Part shown: one piece after another, positions 1 to 8,843 of the stretch | How positions within the stretch are numbered: the stretch's first letter is position 1 | Layout: the number at the start of each line of letters is the position of its first letter | NCBI GenBank assembly: GCA_040380835.1 | Contig: JBEIIK010000003.1 | Coordinates: forward strand, 1 to 59,970 | DNA: 59,970 nucleotides | Reading direction: 5' to 3' | From: Ignavibacteria bacterium | Lineage (GTDB): Bacteria; Bacteroidota; Ignavibacteria; Kapaibacteriales; Kapaibacteriaceae | Notes under the pieces: generated by a model | Seen by the model: only the letters and a program-made list of their open reading frames with translations | Told to the model about the DNA's origin: nothing | Database searches by the model: none | Program-made: the position numbers and the translations under genes

Positions 1-3000
1 CTTCGTGCTCGGCATGTTGAAGTAGTCAAGTCCCTGACCACTTGATGCGCCAAGAAGGCTCGTCTCTGGGTCAACACCCTTGTAGGCAGTGCTCAGCCAC
101 AAGTTCCGGCCTGTGAATGAGACCGTCAGTCCACTGAACGGCGTTGATTCAATGATGTTCGACGGGATAACGTACGAGAGTGTAAGCTCGCGCAGACGAA
201 CCCAGCTTGCATCTTCGATGAAATCCTCGGTGTTGCTTCCAAAGAAGCCATTGCCGTTACCGAGCGAGAGCCATCCCTCACCGTATGGTGCCGCGATGTC
301 ATTTGTCTGGCCATTGGAAGACTTGACACCTTCAAAGACCTTTGTGCCTGTACGATCTTCAGTTTCCTTGTGGGTACCGAAGAAGTAGAGGGCGCCGCGC
401 GTTCCGTTCCACATCACGCCACCCTGACGGATGTCGAGTTGAGCGGCAAGGGTGAGCCCCTTCCATGTGAATGAGTTCCGAATGCCCATGAGCCAGTCAG
501 GATTGAAGCTACCGAAGGCCTTTTCGTTGTCGTCAATGATCGGATACCCGTAGTTGTCAGATGTCGTATCGTCATCGATCAGGACTGCTCCAGTGGCAGA
601 GTCACGTGCCCAACCGAAACCGAAGATCGAGCCGTAGGGGAGTCCCTTCACGGCGCGAACAGATGATCCAACAAAACCACCGAGGAAGATGTTGTCAACA
701 CCTGGTGCAAGCTCAACAACTTCGACGGTGTTCTTCGTGAAGTTCACAGTGACATCCCAACGGAAGTCATCCGTGACGATTGGCGAGCCCGAGAGAACCA
801 CTTCGATACCGCTATTGCTGATTGAGCCTGCATTTTTGAGCTGCTCGTCATACCCTGTAGAGTTGGCGATTGGCACAGCGAAAATCTGATCCTTACCGGT
901 CTGTTTATAGTACGTGAAGTCCAGCGAGAGGCGATTGTCCAGCATAGACACATCGAAACCGAACTCCATTGAAGTTGTGCTCTCAGGACGCAGGTCTGGT
1001 GCTGCCAGTCGGTTACCAAACGAGTATCCGATACGACCACCGAATGGGAACGTTACACCGTTTGTCCATCCATCACCATAGACGGCCGACGCGAACCCGG
1101 TGTTTGTTCCGTAGATCGGTGCATCCTTACCAACGGAAGCGTAGTTGGCACGAACCTTCATGAAGCTGATCACGTCGCTCTTGAGTTCCGGAATCAGTTC
1201 GGTGAGAACCGCCGAGGCCGACAGAGACGGGTAGAAGAACGAGTTGTTTGCCTCGGGCAGCGTGGTTGACCATTCGTTGCGGCCGGTGAAGTTGAAGAAC
1301 AGGGCATTATTGTAATCGAAGCGAAGGTCCGTGTAGTAAGCCATCGTGCGTTTGCGCGAGATACCCTGATTGGCAATGCGTCCCGAGTAGTTGTTGATGG
1401 CACCTGGATTCGTCGGGTCACCAACACCATCAGCCTGCGCATAGTCAAAGTTGGACGACGACGAATACATGTTCTGACCAACCAGTGCTTGAAGATGAAT
1501 GTCGTCCGTAAGGTCTGTGTTGTATGTCACGATCAGATCCGACGTGATGTCGCTGAGCGTGTTATTGTCCGTAAACAGACGGCCGGATGGATACACGCGG
1601 GAGTTCTTCGCAAAGGTCTGCTTACGGCTGTCGTTGTAGTAGTCCAGACCGATACGATACATCACATCAAGTCCGGGTGTCACGGTCCAATCCACCTGGG
1701 CGTTACCAAACACCCGGTTGACATCGTCCGTGAAAACGTTCTCATTGACGGTCCAAAACGGGTTGTCATAACCGGCGCCGGCACGATACGTGCGCTGCGT
1801 CCCGTCAGAGAACTTGTATGCGGCTGCCGTCGTGACGGCGTCAGCACCGTAACCATTCGAGTTGTCCCAGTTCGGCGGGGTACGAAGAAGGCTCAGCATC
1901 ACACCCGAAACGTTCGAGCCCTGCTGGATACGTGTCCCACCGGAGTTGACGTAGTTGATGTTTGCAGACGCCGTGACGTTGCTTGCCACGGAGGCGCTGC
2001 TGCTGACCTTGAGGTTCTTCTTTGCCCATGAGGAGTTTGGAACCACGCCATCGACATTCAAATTGGCGAACGTCACGAGATATGTGGCTGCCTGACTTCC
2101 GCCGGACATTGTCACTGACTGATTCTGTGTCAGACCGGTCCTGAAAAACTGATCGGCAGGGTCAACAGCAGTTACCGGCATATCCTGCTTGGCCGCTGGA
2201 TTGCTCTTACCAACAATTGCGCCGCGGCGATCCCACTTGTAGGCACTGTTGCCGTCGAAACGCAACGTGTCCATCAGAGCACCCCATGACCGAGACGCAC
2301 CTGGGCCGAACGCATACTTACCACCGGCCCCTTGAGACCATTTCGTTTGAAGCTCAGGGAGCTTGTTTACTTCGTCGATACCCCATGAACCGGCGACGCT
2401 GATATTGACCTTGCCATCCGATGGCTTGCCCTTCTTCGTTGTGATGATGATTGCACCACCAGCTGCACGGATGCCGTAGAGGGCCGTTGCTGCCGGACCC
2501 TTTAGCACGTTCATGCTTTCGATCGAATTCGGATCGAGGTCCATGGCGCGATTTGAGTAGGCCACACTACCGGTCGTGCTTTCCGAGGCAACTTGTGAGT
2601 TGTCGATCGGAATACCGTCCACAACGAACAATGGCTGATTGTCTCCGGTAAGTGACGATGAACCGCGAATCCGGATATACGAGGAAGCTCCCGGCATGCC
2701 GGTGGAGTTGTTCACCTGGACACCTGCCACACGTGAGGCAAGGGAGTTGACCACGTTGGACTCGCGAGAGGCCACGATCTGGTCGCTGCCTATTTCCTGC
2801 GTCGAGTATCCGAGCGATTTCTTGGAACGTCCGAGACCGATAGCCGTTACTACAACTTCGGCTTGCCGGTTATCATCGTTCGAAAGAACAACATTGATGA
2901 CGTTGTTATCACCAACGGTCACTTCGCGTGCCTTTTTTCCAACAAGTTTGAAAACCAGGGTAGCACCGTCTGCTGCCTTGATTGAATAGCCGCCATTATT

Positions 3001-3162
3001 CCTGGAGAAGGTACCGGTTTTGGTTCCTTTCACCTGAATGACAGCTCCAGATAGAGCCAAACCATCACTGTCTGTGACGGTTCCCGATATTGTCCGGTCC
3101 TGTGCCATGGCCATAACGGCAGTGGCTACAATGACCGCAAAGAGGTAGAAAACTTGTTTCAT
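1..3162 (-). CDS. SusC/RagA-family TonB-linked outer-membrane receptor (last ~10-20 aa run off the left edge)
   Basis: Absent from the ORF track because it has no stop inside the window. My translation from ATG 3162 gives MKQVFYLFAVIVATAVMAMAQDRTISGTVTDSDGLALSGAVIQVKGTKTGT...AEVVVTAIGLGRSKKSLGYSTQEI...RVAGVQVNNSTGMPGASSYIRIRGSSSLTGDNQPLFVVDGIPIDNS. That is a signal peptide, a carboxypeptidase-regulatory-like domain and a plug, as in SusC/RagA. No other minus-strand ORF is listed in this frame. Spot checks mid-gene and at position 1 (...GQGLDYFNMPSTK) stay open. Confidence 0.85.
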   Translation of the reverse strand, partial: MKQVFYLFAVIVATAVMAMAQDRTISGTVTDSDGLALSGAVIQVKGTKTGTFSRNNGGYSIKAADGATLVFKLVGKKAREVTVGDNNVINVVLSNDDNRQAEVVVTAIGLGRSKKSLGYSTQEIGSDQIVASRESNVVNSLASRVAGVQVNNSTGMPGASSYIRIRGSSSLTGDNQPLFVVDGIPIDNSQVASESTTGSVAYSNRAMDLDPNSIESMNVLKGPAATALYGIRAAGGAIIITTKKGKPSDGKVNISVAGSWGIDEVNKLPELQTKWSQGAGGKYAFGPGASRSWGALMDTLRFDGNSAYKWDRRGAIVGKSNPAAKQDMPVTAVDPADQFFRTGLTQNQSVTMSGGSQAATYLVTFANLNVDGVVPNSSWAKKNLKVSSSASVASNVTASANINYVNSGGTRIQQGSNVSGVMLSLLRTPPNWDNSNGYGADAVTTAAAYKFSDGTQRTYRAGAGYDNPFWTVNENVFTDDVNRVFGNAQVDWTVTPGLDVMYRIGLDYYNDSRKQTFAKNSRVYPSGRLFTDNNTLSDITSDLIVTYNTDLTDDIHLQALVGQNMYSSSSNFDYAQADGVGDPTNPGAINNYSGRIANQGISRKRTMAYYTDLRFDYNNALFFNFTGRNEWSTTLPEANNSFFYPSLSASAVLTELIPELKSDVISFMKVRANYASVGKDAPIYGTNTGFASAVYGDGWTNGVTFPFGGRIGYSFGNRLAAPDLRPESTTSMEFGFDVSMLDNRLSLDFTYYKQTGKDQIFAVPIANSTGYDEQLKNAGSISNSGIEVVLSGSPIVTDDFRWDVTVNFTKNTVEVVELAPGVDNIFLGGFVGSSVRAVKGLPYGSIFGFGWARDSATGAVLIDDDTTSDNYGYPIIDDNEKAFGSFNPDWLMGIRNSFTWKGLTLAAQLDIRQGGVMWNGTRGALYFFGTHKETEDRTGTKVFEGVKSSNGQTNDIAAPYGEGWLSLGNGNGFFGSNTEDFIEDASWVRLRELTLSYVIPSNIIESTPFSGLTVSFTGRNLWLSTAYKGVDPETSLLGASSGQGLDYFNMPSTK

Positions 3163-3291
3163 ACTCCTGCGCGTGGAAGTGGATAAAAATCGTTGATCGT
3201 CCGTGGTATTCGGACTCTTTCATCGCGTCACAGAACGCCGCTGTCGGCAGCCAGCAGATCTCCCCAGATAGTGGCCCAGTTGTCGCTAGTT

Positions 3292-3311
3292 CATTGGATG
3301 TCAATCCAATG
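3292..3311 (-). promoter_or_regulatory. 20-nt palindrome upstream of the SusC-like gene (candidate operator or small hairpin)
   Basis: Read directly: cattggatgtcaatccaatg, with 8-bp arms CATTGGAT/ATCCAATG and a 4-nt centre. It lies ~130 nt upstream of ATG 3162 and just downstream of the terminator at 3339-3379. The direct repeat AATGTAA occurs at 3308-3314 and 3331-3337. Confidence 0.3.
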
Positions 3312-3338
3312 TAACGGTAATGATATTAGTAATGTAAC

Positions 3339-3379
3339 AAAAACGAAAAACCGTCGCGCGTAATTGCTACGGCGACGGT
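3339..3379 (-). terminator. Rho-independent terminator after the DUF6580-like gene
   Basis: The minus strand reads ACCGTCGCCGTA-GCAAT-TACG(C)GCGACGGT followed by TTTTTCGTTTTT. This gives a ~12-bp GC-rich stem with one bulge, a 5-nt loop and a T-tract, 58 nt after the stop at 3437. Confidence 0.7.
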
Positions 3380-3436
3380 CTATAAAGTTTTCCACGACAA
3401 CATCACCCAAAAAATCCCCAGGTGACGGGGGAATGG

Positions 3437-3991
3437 CTATGCTACAGGAGCAAACCGGCGAGCAAGGGCGGCACGAAGGGCTAAAATGGCGGATGCATAC
3501 AGCCACGTTGAAACGACACCGTTGAGCAGAAAGTTGCCTGAATCACGGTAGAAGGCCAGTCCAGCACCGTAACAGGCGAGCAGACCCTCAACGGTATGTG
3601 TGTACATGGAACCGTGAAGCCACACAGCTAAGTTGGTCACCAGAAAGAACCCAACACCGGAGGCAACACCACCAAAAAGGACCGACGTAAGCTGTCCGTT
3701 CGTACTGAGATACCGACCAAGTAGCGCCGTTCCAAACACACATGCATAAACGTACACCTGAGTCGTGTGCAGTGCATACTCAGAACCCATGGTGAGCCCC
3801 ATGACCAGGTCACTGAGAATCATGGCAGACAGCGGCACCACGAACGAACGCCGATCAGTAAAGATCATGCCGCCGCACAAGGCTACGGCAAGGACTGGTG
3901 TGAAGTTCGGCCAGTGCGGCAACAGCCGGGCAAAGGCAATCGCCACGATGGATGCCGTGGTTGCAAGATCGAAAAGGCGGGTACGAGACAT
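3437..3991 (-). CDS. Integral membrane protein, DUF6580-like putative transport protein
   Basis: 184 aa with 5-6 hydrophobic helices. The N-terminal ...ARLLPHWPNFTPVLAVALCGGMIF...PLSAMILSDL matches, from memory, the PH-x-PNF(T/S)P signature of DUF6580 proteins of Bacteroidota. Function unknown. Confidence 0.6.
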   Translation of the reverse strand: MSRTRLFDLATTASIVAIAFARLLPHWPNFTPVLAVALCGGMIFTDRRSFVVPLSAMILSDLVMGLTMGSEYALHTTQVYVYACVFGTALLGRYLSTNGQLTSVLFGGVASGVGFFLVTNLAVWLHGSMYTHTVEGLLACYGAGLAFYRDSGNFLLNGVVSTWLYASAILALRAALARRFAPVA

Positions 3992-4042
3992 GGCTGTTTG
4001 GAAGGGGGCTGTTGAGAATACGTCTAGTTTACATAATGCAGA

Positions 4043-5296
4043 TTATGTTGCAGAAGCGGTGGTGCCGAGAGCCTCCGTCACACGATCTGCAGCATCCTGT
4101 AAGGTGGCTGCCACCAGGAAGTTAAGCCCCGAGCTTTGAAGAATCTCGCGTGCCTCGACGGCGTTGGTGCCGTCCAGACGCACGATCACCGGAACAGTGA
4201 CCTCTACCTGCTGAAGTGCCTGCAGAATGCCGTTGGCAACACGGTCGCAGCGAACGATACCGCCAAAGATGTTGATCAGCACCGCTTCGACGTTCGGGTC
4301 GCTCATCATGATGCGGAATGCATTGGAAATGCGCTCAACGTTTGCGCCGCCTCCCACGTCAAGGAAGTTCGCAGGCTTGCCACCAGCTAGCTGAATGATG
4401 TCCATGGTTCCCATGGCCAATCCGGCACCGTTGACCATGCACCCGACGTTGCCGTCGAGCTTGATGTAATTGAGGTTGTACTTGCCGGCTTCAACTTCAA
4501 GCGGATCCTCCTCGGTAACGTCGCGCAGGTCAGCCCAGTACGGGTGACGGTACTCGGCGTTGTCGTCAAGATTGATCTTGGCATCCAGCGCCACAAACTC
4601 TCCGTCCGTGGTCACCACCATCGGATTGACCTCGAGCATCGAACAGTCCAATGCAACATAGGCGTTGTATAGTTTTGCAATGAACGAAAGGAAGCTCTTG
4701 AAAGCAATACCACTTAACCCGAGGCCGAAGGCGAGCTCGCGGGCCAGATGCGGCTGGAATCCCGTCGCCGGATCCACGTGCACCCTGATGATCTTTTCCG
4801 GGGTGTGCTCGGCTACCTCTTCGATGTCCATGCCCCCTTCCGTCGAGACCATGATCAGGTTCTGACCCAGACCGCGGTCGAGCAGAATCGAGCAGTAATA
4901 CTCGTGAGCAATACTGCAGCCGTCTTCGATGAAGATTCGACGTACGATCTTACCCTCGGCACCGGTCTGGATGGTTACGAGCTTGTTGTTCAGAAGACCC
5001 TCGGCCACCTGATAGGCGCGGTCGGCAAGATTGCCGCTCGTCAGTACGGTGACGCCACGAAGGGGCTTACCATCGACGATTATCGGCTCATCGGTTTCAG
5101 GATGGTGCACCGTCCCCTTGCCACGTCCGCCGGCATGGATCTGAGCCTTTACGACAATGGCCTTGGAGCCGTGTGAGACGAAATCGGTGAAGGCCACGGC
5201 GCCGGCTTCGGCAGATGTCATCACGGCCTTGCCCCTGAGTACGGGCACGCCGTGAGAACGTAGAAGATCCTTGGACTGATACTCGTGAATGTTCAT
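4043..5296 (-). CDS. sucC: Succinate--CoA ligase (ADP-forming) beta subunit
   Basis: 417 aa. MNIHEYQSKDLL..., ATP-grasp HAGGRGKG, C-terminal ...GCMVNGAGLAMGTMD...NIFGGIVRCD. ATG at 5296. Confidence 0.95.
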   Translation of the reverse strand: MNIHEYQSKDLLRSHGVPVLRGKAVMTSAEAGAVAFTDFVSHGSKAIVVKAQIHAGGRGKGTVHHPETDEPIIVDGKPLRGVTVLTSGNLADRAYQVAEGLLNNKLVTIQTGAEGKIVRRIFIEDGCSIAHEYYCSILLDRGLGQNLIMVSTEGGMDIEEVAEHTPEKIIRVHVDPATGFQPHLARELAFGLGLSGIAFKSFLSFIAKLYNAYVALDCSMLEVNPMVVTTDGEFVALDAKINLDDNAEYRHPYWADLRDVTEEDPLEVEAGKYNLNYIKLDGNVGCMVNGAGLAMGTMDIIQLAGGKPANFLDVGGGANVERISNAFRIMMSDPNVEAVLINIFGGIVRCDRVANGILQALQQVEVTVPVIVRLDGTNAVEAREILQSSGLNFLVAATLQDAADRVTEALGTTASAT

Positions 5297-5334
5297 GGTT
5301 TTCGCTAAATCTCGTGTGGAGTTTCGTGGTGTCG

Positions 5335-5342
5335 TAACTTTG
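5335..5342 (+). promoter_or_regulatory. Candidate Bacteroidota-type -7 promoter box (TAnnTTTG) for the PhnD-like gene
   Basis: TAACTTTG lies 75 nt upstream of ATG 5417. It is embedded in a perfect inverted repeat CGTAACTT-N10-AAGTTACG (5333-5358). Motif match only. Confidence 0.25.
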
Positions 5343-5416
5343 GCGTCGCGAAGTTACGCAACCACGACGGTATAGCGCAGACTCGAAATCCACACGAACC
5401 ACCACGGAAGAACGAC

Positions 5417-6355
5417 ATGCGACCGGCCACAGGATATCTGATGGTGACATTCCTTCTGCTTGTGTGGCTTTCGGCGCGTCCCCTACTTAAGGGGGAAAAT
5501 CCGCTGGGCTCTGAGTCGAATCCCATCCGCATCATGCTGACGCCGTCAACGGATGCCCAGGCGATCATACGCGATGGTGAGGTGCTGGCCGAGTACATCA
5601 CTCGCCGCACCGGGCTGCACGTCAAGGTTGCCGTGCCGAACTTCTACATCACGGTCGTGGAGGCCTTCGGTACAAACCGTGCCGACATGGCCATCATGAA
5701 TACGTTCTCCTACCTGCTGGCCCACAAGAAGTACGGTGCCAGTGCCGTTATGCGCGTGGCGCGCCGCTATGGTGAACTCTCCTATCGCGGCGAGTTTATC
5801 GTTCATGCCGAAAGCGGAATAACGTCCATAGAGCAGCTGCGCGGAAAGACCATCGCCTATGTCGATCCGTCGTCAACGTCTGGTTATATCTATCCGAAGG
5901 ACATGCTACGAAAGCGTGGTGTTGCGCCCCGGCAGGAGATGTTTGCCTACGGACACAATCAGGTGGTGACCAAGGTCTATACCCGTGATGTTGATGCGGG
6001 AGCGGTTTTCTATTCGCGACCCGACACGGTAACTGGAGAGCAACTAGACGCACGGACGAAGATCAAGACCGAGCATCCAGACGTGTTTCAGAAGGTGCGC
6101 GTGATCGGACTCACGGAGGAGATCCCGAATGATCCGGTGGTTGCGCGCAAGGGGCTTGACAGGGCCATCGTTAGCCGCGTCTGTGAGGCGCTACTCTCGT
6201 TCCAGCGCACCGAAAGCGGCAGGAAAGCCCTGATGACGATTGCCAGCGTGGAAGGGTTTCAACGCACCTCGGATGCAGCATACGACGACGTGCGCACGCT
6301 CGTGGCTTCCTACGGGGTGGATGTTGAGCAGCAGCTGCGCAAGTCGAAGAAGTGA
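5417..6355 (+). CDS. PhnD-family phosphate/phosphite/phosphonate ABC-transporter substrate-binding protein (orphan)
   Basis: 312 aa. An N-terminal signal/anchor is followed by ...NPIRIMLTPS...YITVVEAFGTNRADMAIMNTFSY...YVDPSSTSGYIYP..., typical of PhnD-like binding proteins. No permease or ATPase gene is adjacent. Confidence 0.8.
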   Translation: MRPATGYLMVTFLLLVWLSARPLLKGENPLGSESNPIRIMLTPSTDAQAIIRDGEVLAEYITRRTGLHVKVAVPNFYITVVEAFGTNRADMAIMNTFSYLLAHKKYGASAVMRVARRYGELSYRGEFIVHAESGITSIEQLRGKTIAYVDPSSTSGYIYPKDMLRKRGVAPRQEMFAYGHNQVVTKVYTRDVDAGAVFYSRPDTVTGEQLDARTKIKTEHPDVFQKVRVIGLTEEIPNDPVVARKGLDRAIVSRVCEALLSFQRTESGRKALMTIASVEGFQRTSDAAYDDVRTLVASYGVDVEQQLRKSKK

Positions 6356-6358
6356 GGA

Positions 6359-6778
6359 CTAGGAGAACGTCCGCGTAAGCCGCTTGGCAAAGGATGTGAC
6401 GCCCCCTACCAGCCCACTGATAAACGAAGCGAGTTCTTCGATGGACGGCTTTACAGTCGAGACCAGCAGGTGTTCAAGAGCACGAACGTCGTCGGCGATG
6501 GCCTTGAACGTATCGGCTCCGGAGGAGAGTTTCTGAAGGTCCTGATCGACGCGTGTGATTGTGCGCTGCGTCTGATCGATCAGAGTCGCTGTCTTCTCCA
6601 GAACCGGTTGAAGCGAGCGCCTTACCTCACGCACGTCCTGCTGCATTCCTTCGATCGAAACTGTCATGCGATCGACGTTGCGCAGAAGACGCAAAACTCC
6701 CACGGCAGCAATGATGCACAGGGCCGTTGCCGATAGCAGAGCGATGGTGGCCGAGACGACCAGTACGGCATTGTCCAT
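6359..6778 (-). CDS. DUF948-like membrane-anchored coiled-coil protein
   Basis: 139 aa with one N-terminal TM helix (VLVVSATIALLSATALCIIAAVGVL) followed by long helical/coiled-coil sequence. It sits 2 nt downstream of the YtxH gene. The YtxH+DUF948 pairing is common. Confidence 0.6.
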   Translation of the reverse strand: MDNAVLVVSATIALLSATALCIIAAVGVLRLLRNVDRMTVSIEGMQQDVREVRRSLQPVLEKTATLIDQTQRTITRVDQDLQKLSSGADTFKAIADDVRALEHLLVSTVKPSIEELASFISGLVGGVTSFAKRLTRTFS

Positions 6779-6780
6779 CG

Positions 6781-7158
6781 TCAGTGCTCCGATGAATGAA
6801 GTTCAGCCGAGCCGGAGCCGTGTATGGAGCGCTGGGCACGCGACTTGGCATCCTTTAGAACCTGTTCGGCACTCTCCAGGATGTTCTCAGCCTGCGTGCG
6901 GGCCGAGGTCACAATGCGCTCGGCTCGCAGACGACCCTCGTTGATGACGTCGTCAAACTCCCGCGGGACAGCGTCGTCCTTGGTAAAGTACTTCTGAGCC
7001 TTGTCATAGACCTCTTCGGTCTTGTCGGCGATATCGCGACGCAGATCGCGTCCGCTTTTGGGCGCAAACAGCAGCGCAACGATGCCACCGATAGCACCGC
7101 CGACAAGCGCACCCATAAGTAAGCCCCGTGTATAGGAGCCGTTGTTGTTCTCTTCCAT
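6781..7158 (-). CDS. YtxH domain-containing protein
   Basis: The ORF track gives 6781-7179. I prefer ATG 7158 (MEENNNGSY...), which is preceded by GGAGGTTGAAAATC. GALVGGAIGGIVALLFAPKSGRDLRRDI is the YtxH signature. Confidence 0.7.
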   Translation of the reverse strand: MEENNNGSYTRGLLMGALVGGAIGGIVALLFAPKSGRDLRRDIADKTEEVYDKAQKYFTKDDAVPREFDDVINEGRLRAERIVTSARTQAENILESAEQVLKDAKSRAQRSIHGSGSAELHSSEH

Positions 7159-7172
7159 GATTTTCAACCTCC

Positions 7173-7688
7173 TTACCACCTCTCGGGAAGCGTTATGCTC
7201 TTGCCCTGCGAGATGAGAATGAACTCGGCAAACTCCCTGACGGCACCGTGGCCGCCCGGATAGGCGCTGACCACGTGAACCTGATTTTTGATGGCTTCAA
7301 CAGCGTCCGACGGACAGCCGCTCAGGCCACACAGCCGCATCACATGCAGGTCATTGACGTCATCGCCAATATACGCAATGGTCTCAGCCTCCAGGCCTAG
7401 ACGACGAGAGATGTCGTGGAATGTTGCTGTCTTATCGTGACTTCCGAGAACAACCTCTGTTATGCCGAGCTTCTGCGCCCGTCGAAGCACGATGTCGGAA
7501 TTCTCACTGGTGATGATCGCCGTAGCAATTCCCCCCCGATGCAGCAGCGTCACCCCCATACCATCGCGGGTATTGAAGCGTTTAAGTTCCTCGCCCCGTG
7601 ACGAGTAGTACATGGCCCCGTCGGTGAGCGTACCATCGACATCCATAATGACAAGCTTGATACCCGATGCTCGTTCGTGATTGGTCAT
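7173..7688 (-). CDS. kdsC: 3-deoxy-D-manno-octulosonate-8-phosphate phosphatase (HAD-IIIA, KdsC family)
   Basis: 171 aa. HAD motifs LVIMDVDGTLTDG, ITSENS and YIGDDVNDL. Size and motif spacing are typical of KdsC. Confidence 0.85.
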   Translation of the reverse strand: MTNHERASGIKLVIMDVDGTLTDGAMYYSSRGEELKRFNTRDGMGVTLLHRGGIATAIITSENSDIVLRRAQKLGITEVVLGSHDKTATFHDISRRLGLEAETIAYIGDDVNDLHVMRLCGLSGCPSDAVEAIKNQVHVVSAYPGGHGAVREFAEFILISQGKSITLPERW

Positions 7689-7778
7689 ACAGGGGGCTCT
7701 GCAGTTACTCTGCGGTTGTGTGAGGGGCCGTGATGCTTCACGGCGTAGTTTCGCACTGCAAAACTACAGCGAGAGGTC

Positions 7779-8630
7779 ATGCCCGCACGATATGTCATGC
7801 TTACACTGAGCGTTCACGACGAGGACGCCGACCTTACCGTTGGAGTTCTGAGCGGCTATCCGATCGTTGGTGTCGAACAGGGTCAGGACACGCTCACAGC
7901 GTGCTTTGAACAGAACGACTGGCAGGTCGATTACGTCGAATCGATCACATCCGAGCTTTCAGCGATGAACGTGCGCGTGCATGGCACGCACGTTCAGGTG
8001 CTCGAGGATCGCAACTGGAACGCCGAATGGGAGGCCAGCATTGATCCTGTGGTGGTCAACGACCGGATCGTGATCGTGCCCGAATGGCGTTCGGATGAGT
8101 TTGAGCAGCCATTGCGACTCGTTATCACGCCGAAAATGTCCTTCGGGACCGGGCACCATGCCACCACGCGCATGATGTGCCGACTCATGGAGCAATACGT
8201 TGCACCGGGCAGCTCGTGGATCGACGTCGGCACGGGCACCGGTGTGCTTGCCATCCTGGCGGCACTGCTTGGTGCCGAGAATGTGTATGCTTTTGACAAC
8301 GATGAATGGTCGTATGTCAACAGTCAGGAAAACATCGCCCGTAACAAGGTCGAAGACCGCGTGCGTCTTGAGCATGCAGATCTTCATGCTGTGACGCTGC
8401 CGCGCTGCTCGGGTCTGGCAGCCAACCTCTACCGGCATCTGGTCATCCCCTATTCGGCGGACTTTGTCAGTGCCGTCGAGCCCGGTGGGGTGATTCTGCT
8501 CTCGGGCATTCTTCGTTACGATGCTGATGAAGTGTGCGCCCCCTTCCTCGAGCTTGGATGCACGATCGAAGAACTGCTCACGGAAACCGAGTGGTGTGCC
8601 ATTGCTCTGCGAACCCGGAGCGCCTCGTGA
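7779..8630 (+). CDS. prmA: Ribosomal protein L11 methyltransferase
   Basis: 283 aa. ...ITPKMSFGTGHHATTRMMC...IDVGTGTGVLAI... (SAM-binding), PrmA architecture. Confidence 0.9.
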   Translation: MPARYVMLTLSVHDEDADLTVGVLSGYPIVGVEQGQDTLTACFEQNDWQVDYVESITSELSAMNVRVHGTHVQVLEDRNWNAEWEASIDPVVVNDRIVIVPEWRSDEFEQPLRLVITPKMSFGTGHHATTRMMCRLMEQYVAPGSSWIDVGTGTGVLAILAALLGAENVYAFDNDEWSYVNSQENIARNKVEDRVRLEHADLHAVTLPRCSGLAANLYRHLVIPYSADFVSAVEPGGVILLSGILRYDADEVCAPFLELGCTIEELLTETEWCAIALRTRSAS

Positions 8631-8812
8631 ACGAGTCTGAACCATCCGGCTCCGAGCGCCGAACTCCGATCGTCCCGATCGTGTTAGGGTGCGTCTTTGG
8701 AGCGGTACTCATTGCCATGGTGCTTAATGGCGGCATGTGCGAGCGATATAACCGAAAGATGGAGCGTCAGAAAATGATGCGTGAGTACTTAGAATCACAG
8801 CGGCGTCGCTAA
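8627..8812 (+). CDS. Possible small single-pass membrane protein
   Basis: GTG at 8627 overlaps the prmA stop (GTGA). The 61-aa product is VNESEPSGSERRTPIVPIVLGCVFGAVLIAMVLNGG...RKMERQKMMREYLESQRRR, with one TM helix and a basic tail. No homology recognised, so it may be spurious. Confidence 0.25.
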   Translation: MNESEPSGSERRTPIVPIVLGCVFGAVLIAMVLNGGMCERYNRKMERQKMMREYLESQRRR

Positions 8813-8843
8813 GGGGCGTACCGAGAAAGTATCGAACAGACCA

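Noticed and set aside
3163-3300. Possible cobalamin or TPP riboswitch in the ~130-nt leader of the SusC-like receptor
   Set aside because: I could not find a B12 box (AGYCMGGAGACCKGCC-like), the GGTGAAA/AGGGAA elements, or the TPP CTGAGA/ACCTGAT elements. Only weak 4-5-bp stems are present. It needs an Infernal scan before any claim.
1-3400. Complete absence of the GCCCCCT/AGGGGGC word from the SusC-like gene (and from 49.6-53.1 kb) as a sign of foreign origin
   Set aside because: At ~0.9 copies per kb, the chance of zero copies in 3.4 kb is about 5%. Several such gaps are expected in 60 kb. The slightly lower GC of SusC also reduces the expectation. The gaps are not significant on this sample.
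7531-7537. C7 homopolymer (G7 on the coding strand) inside kdsC as a potential slipped-strand phase-variation tract
   Set aside because: The tract is only 7 nt long and lies in a housekeeping LPS gene, in frame as CGG-GGG-GGA (R-G-G). That is too short for efficient slippage, and there is no contingency-locus context.
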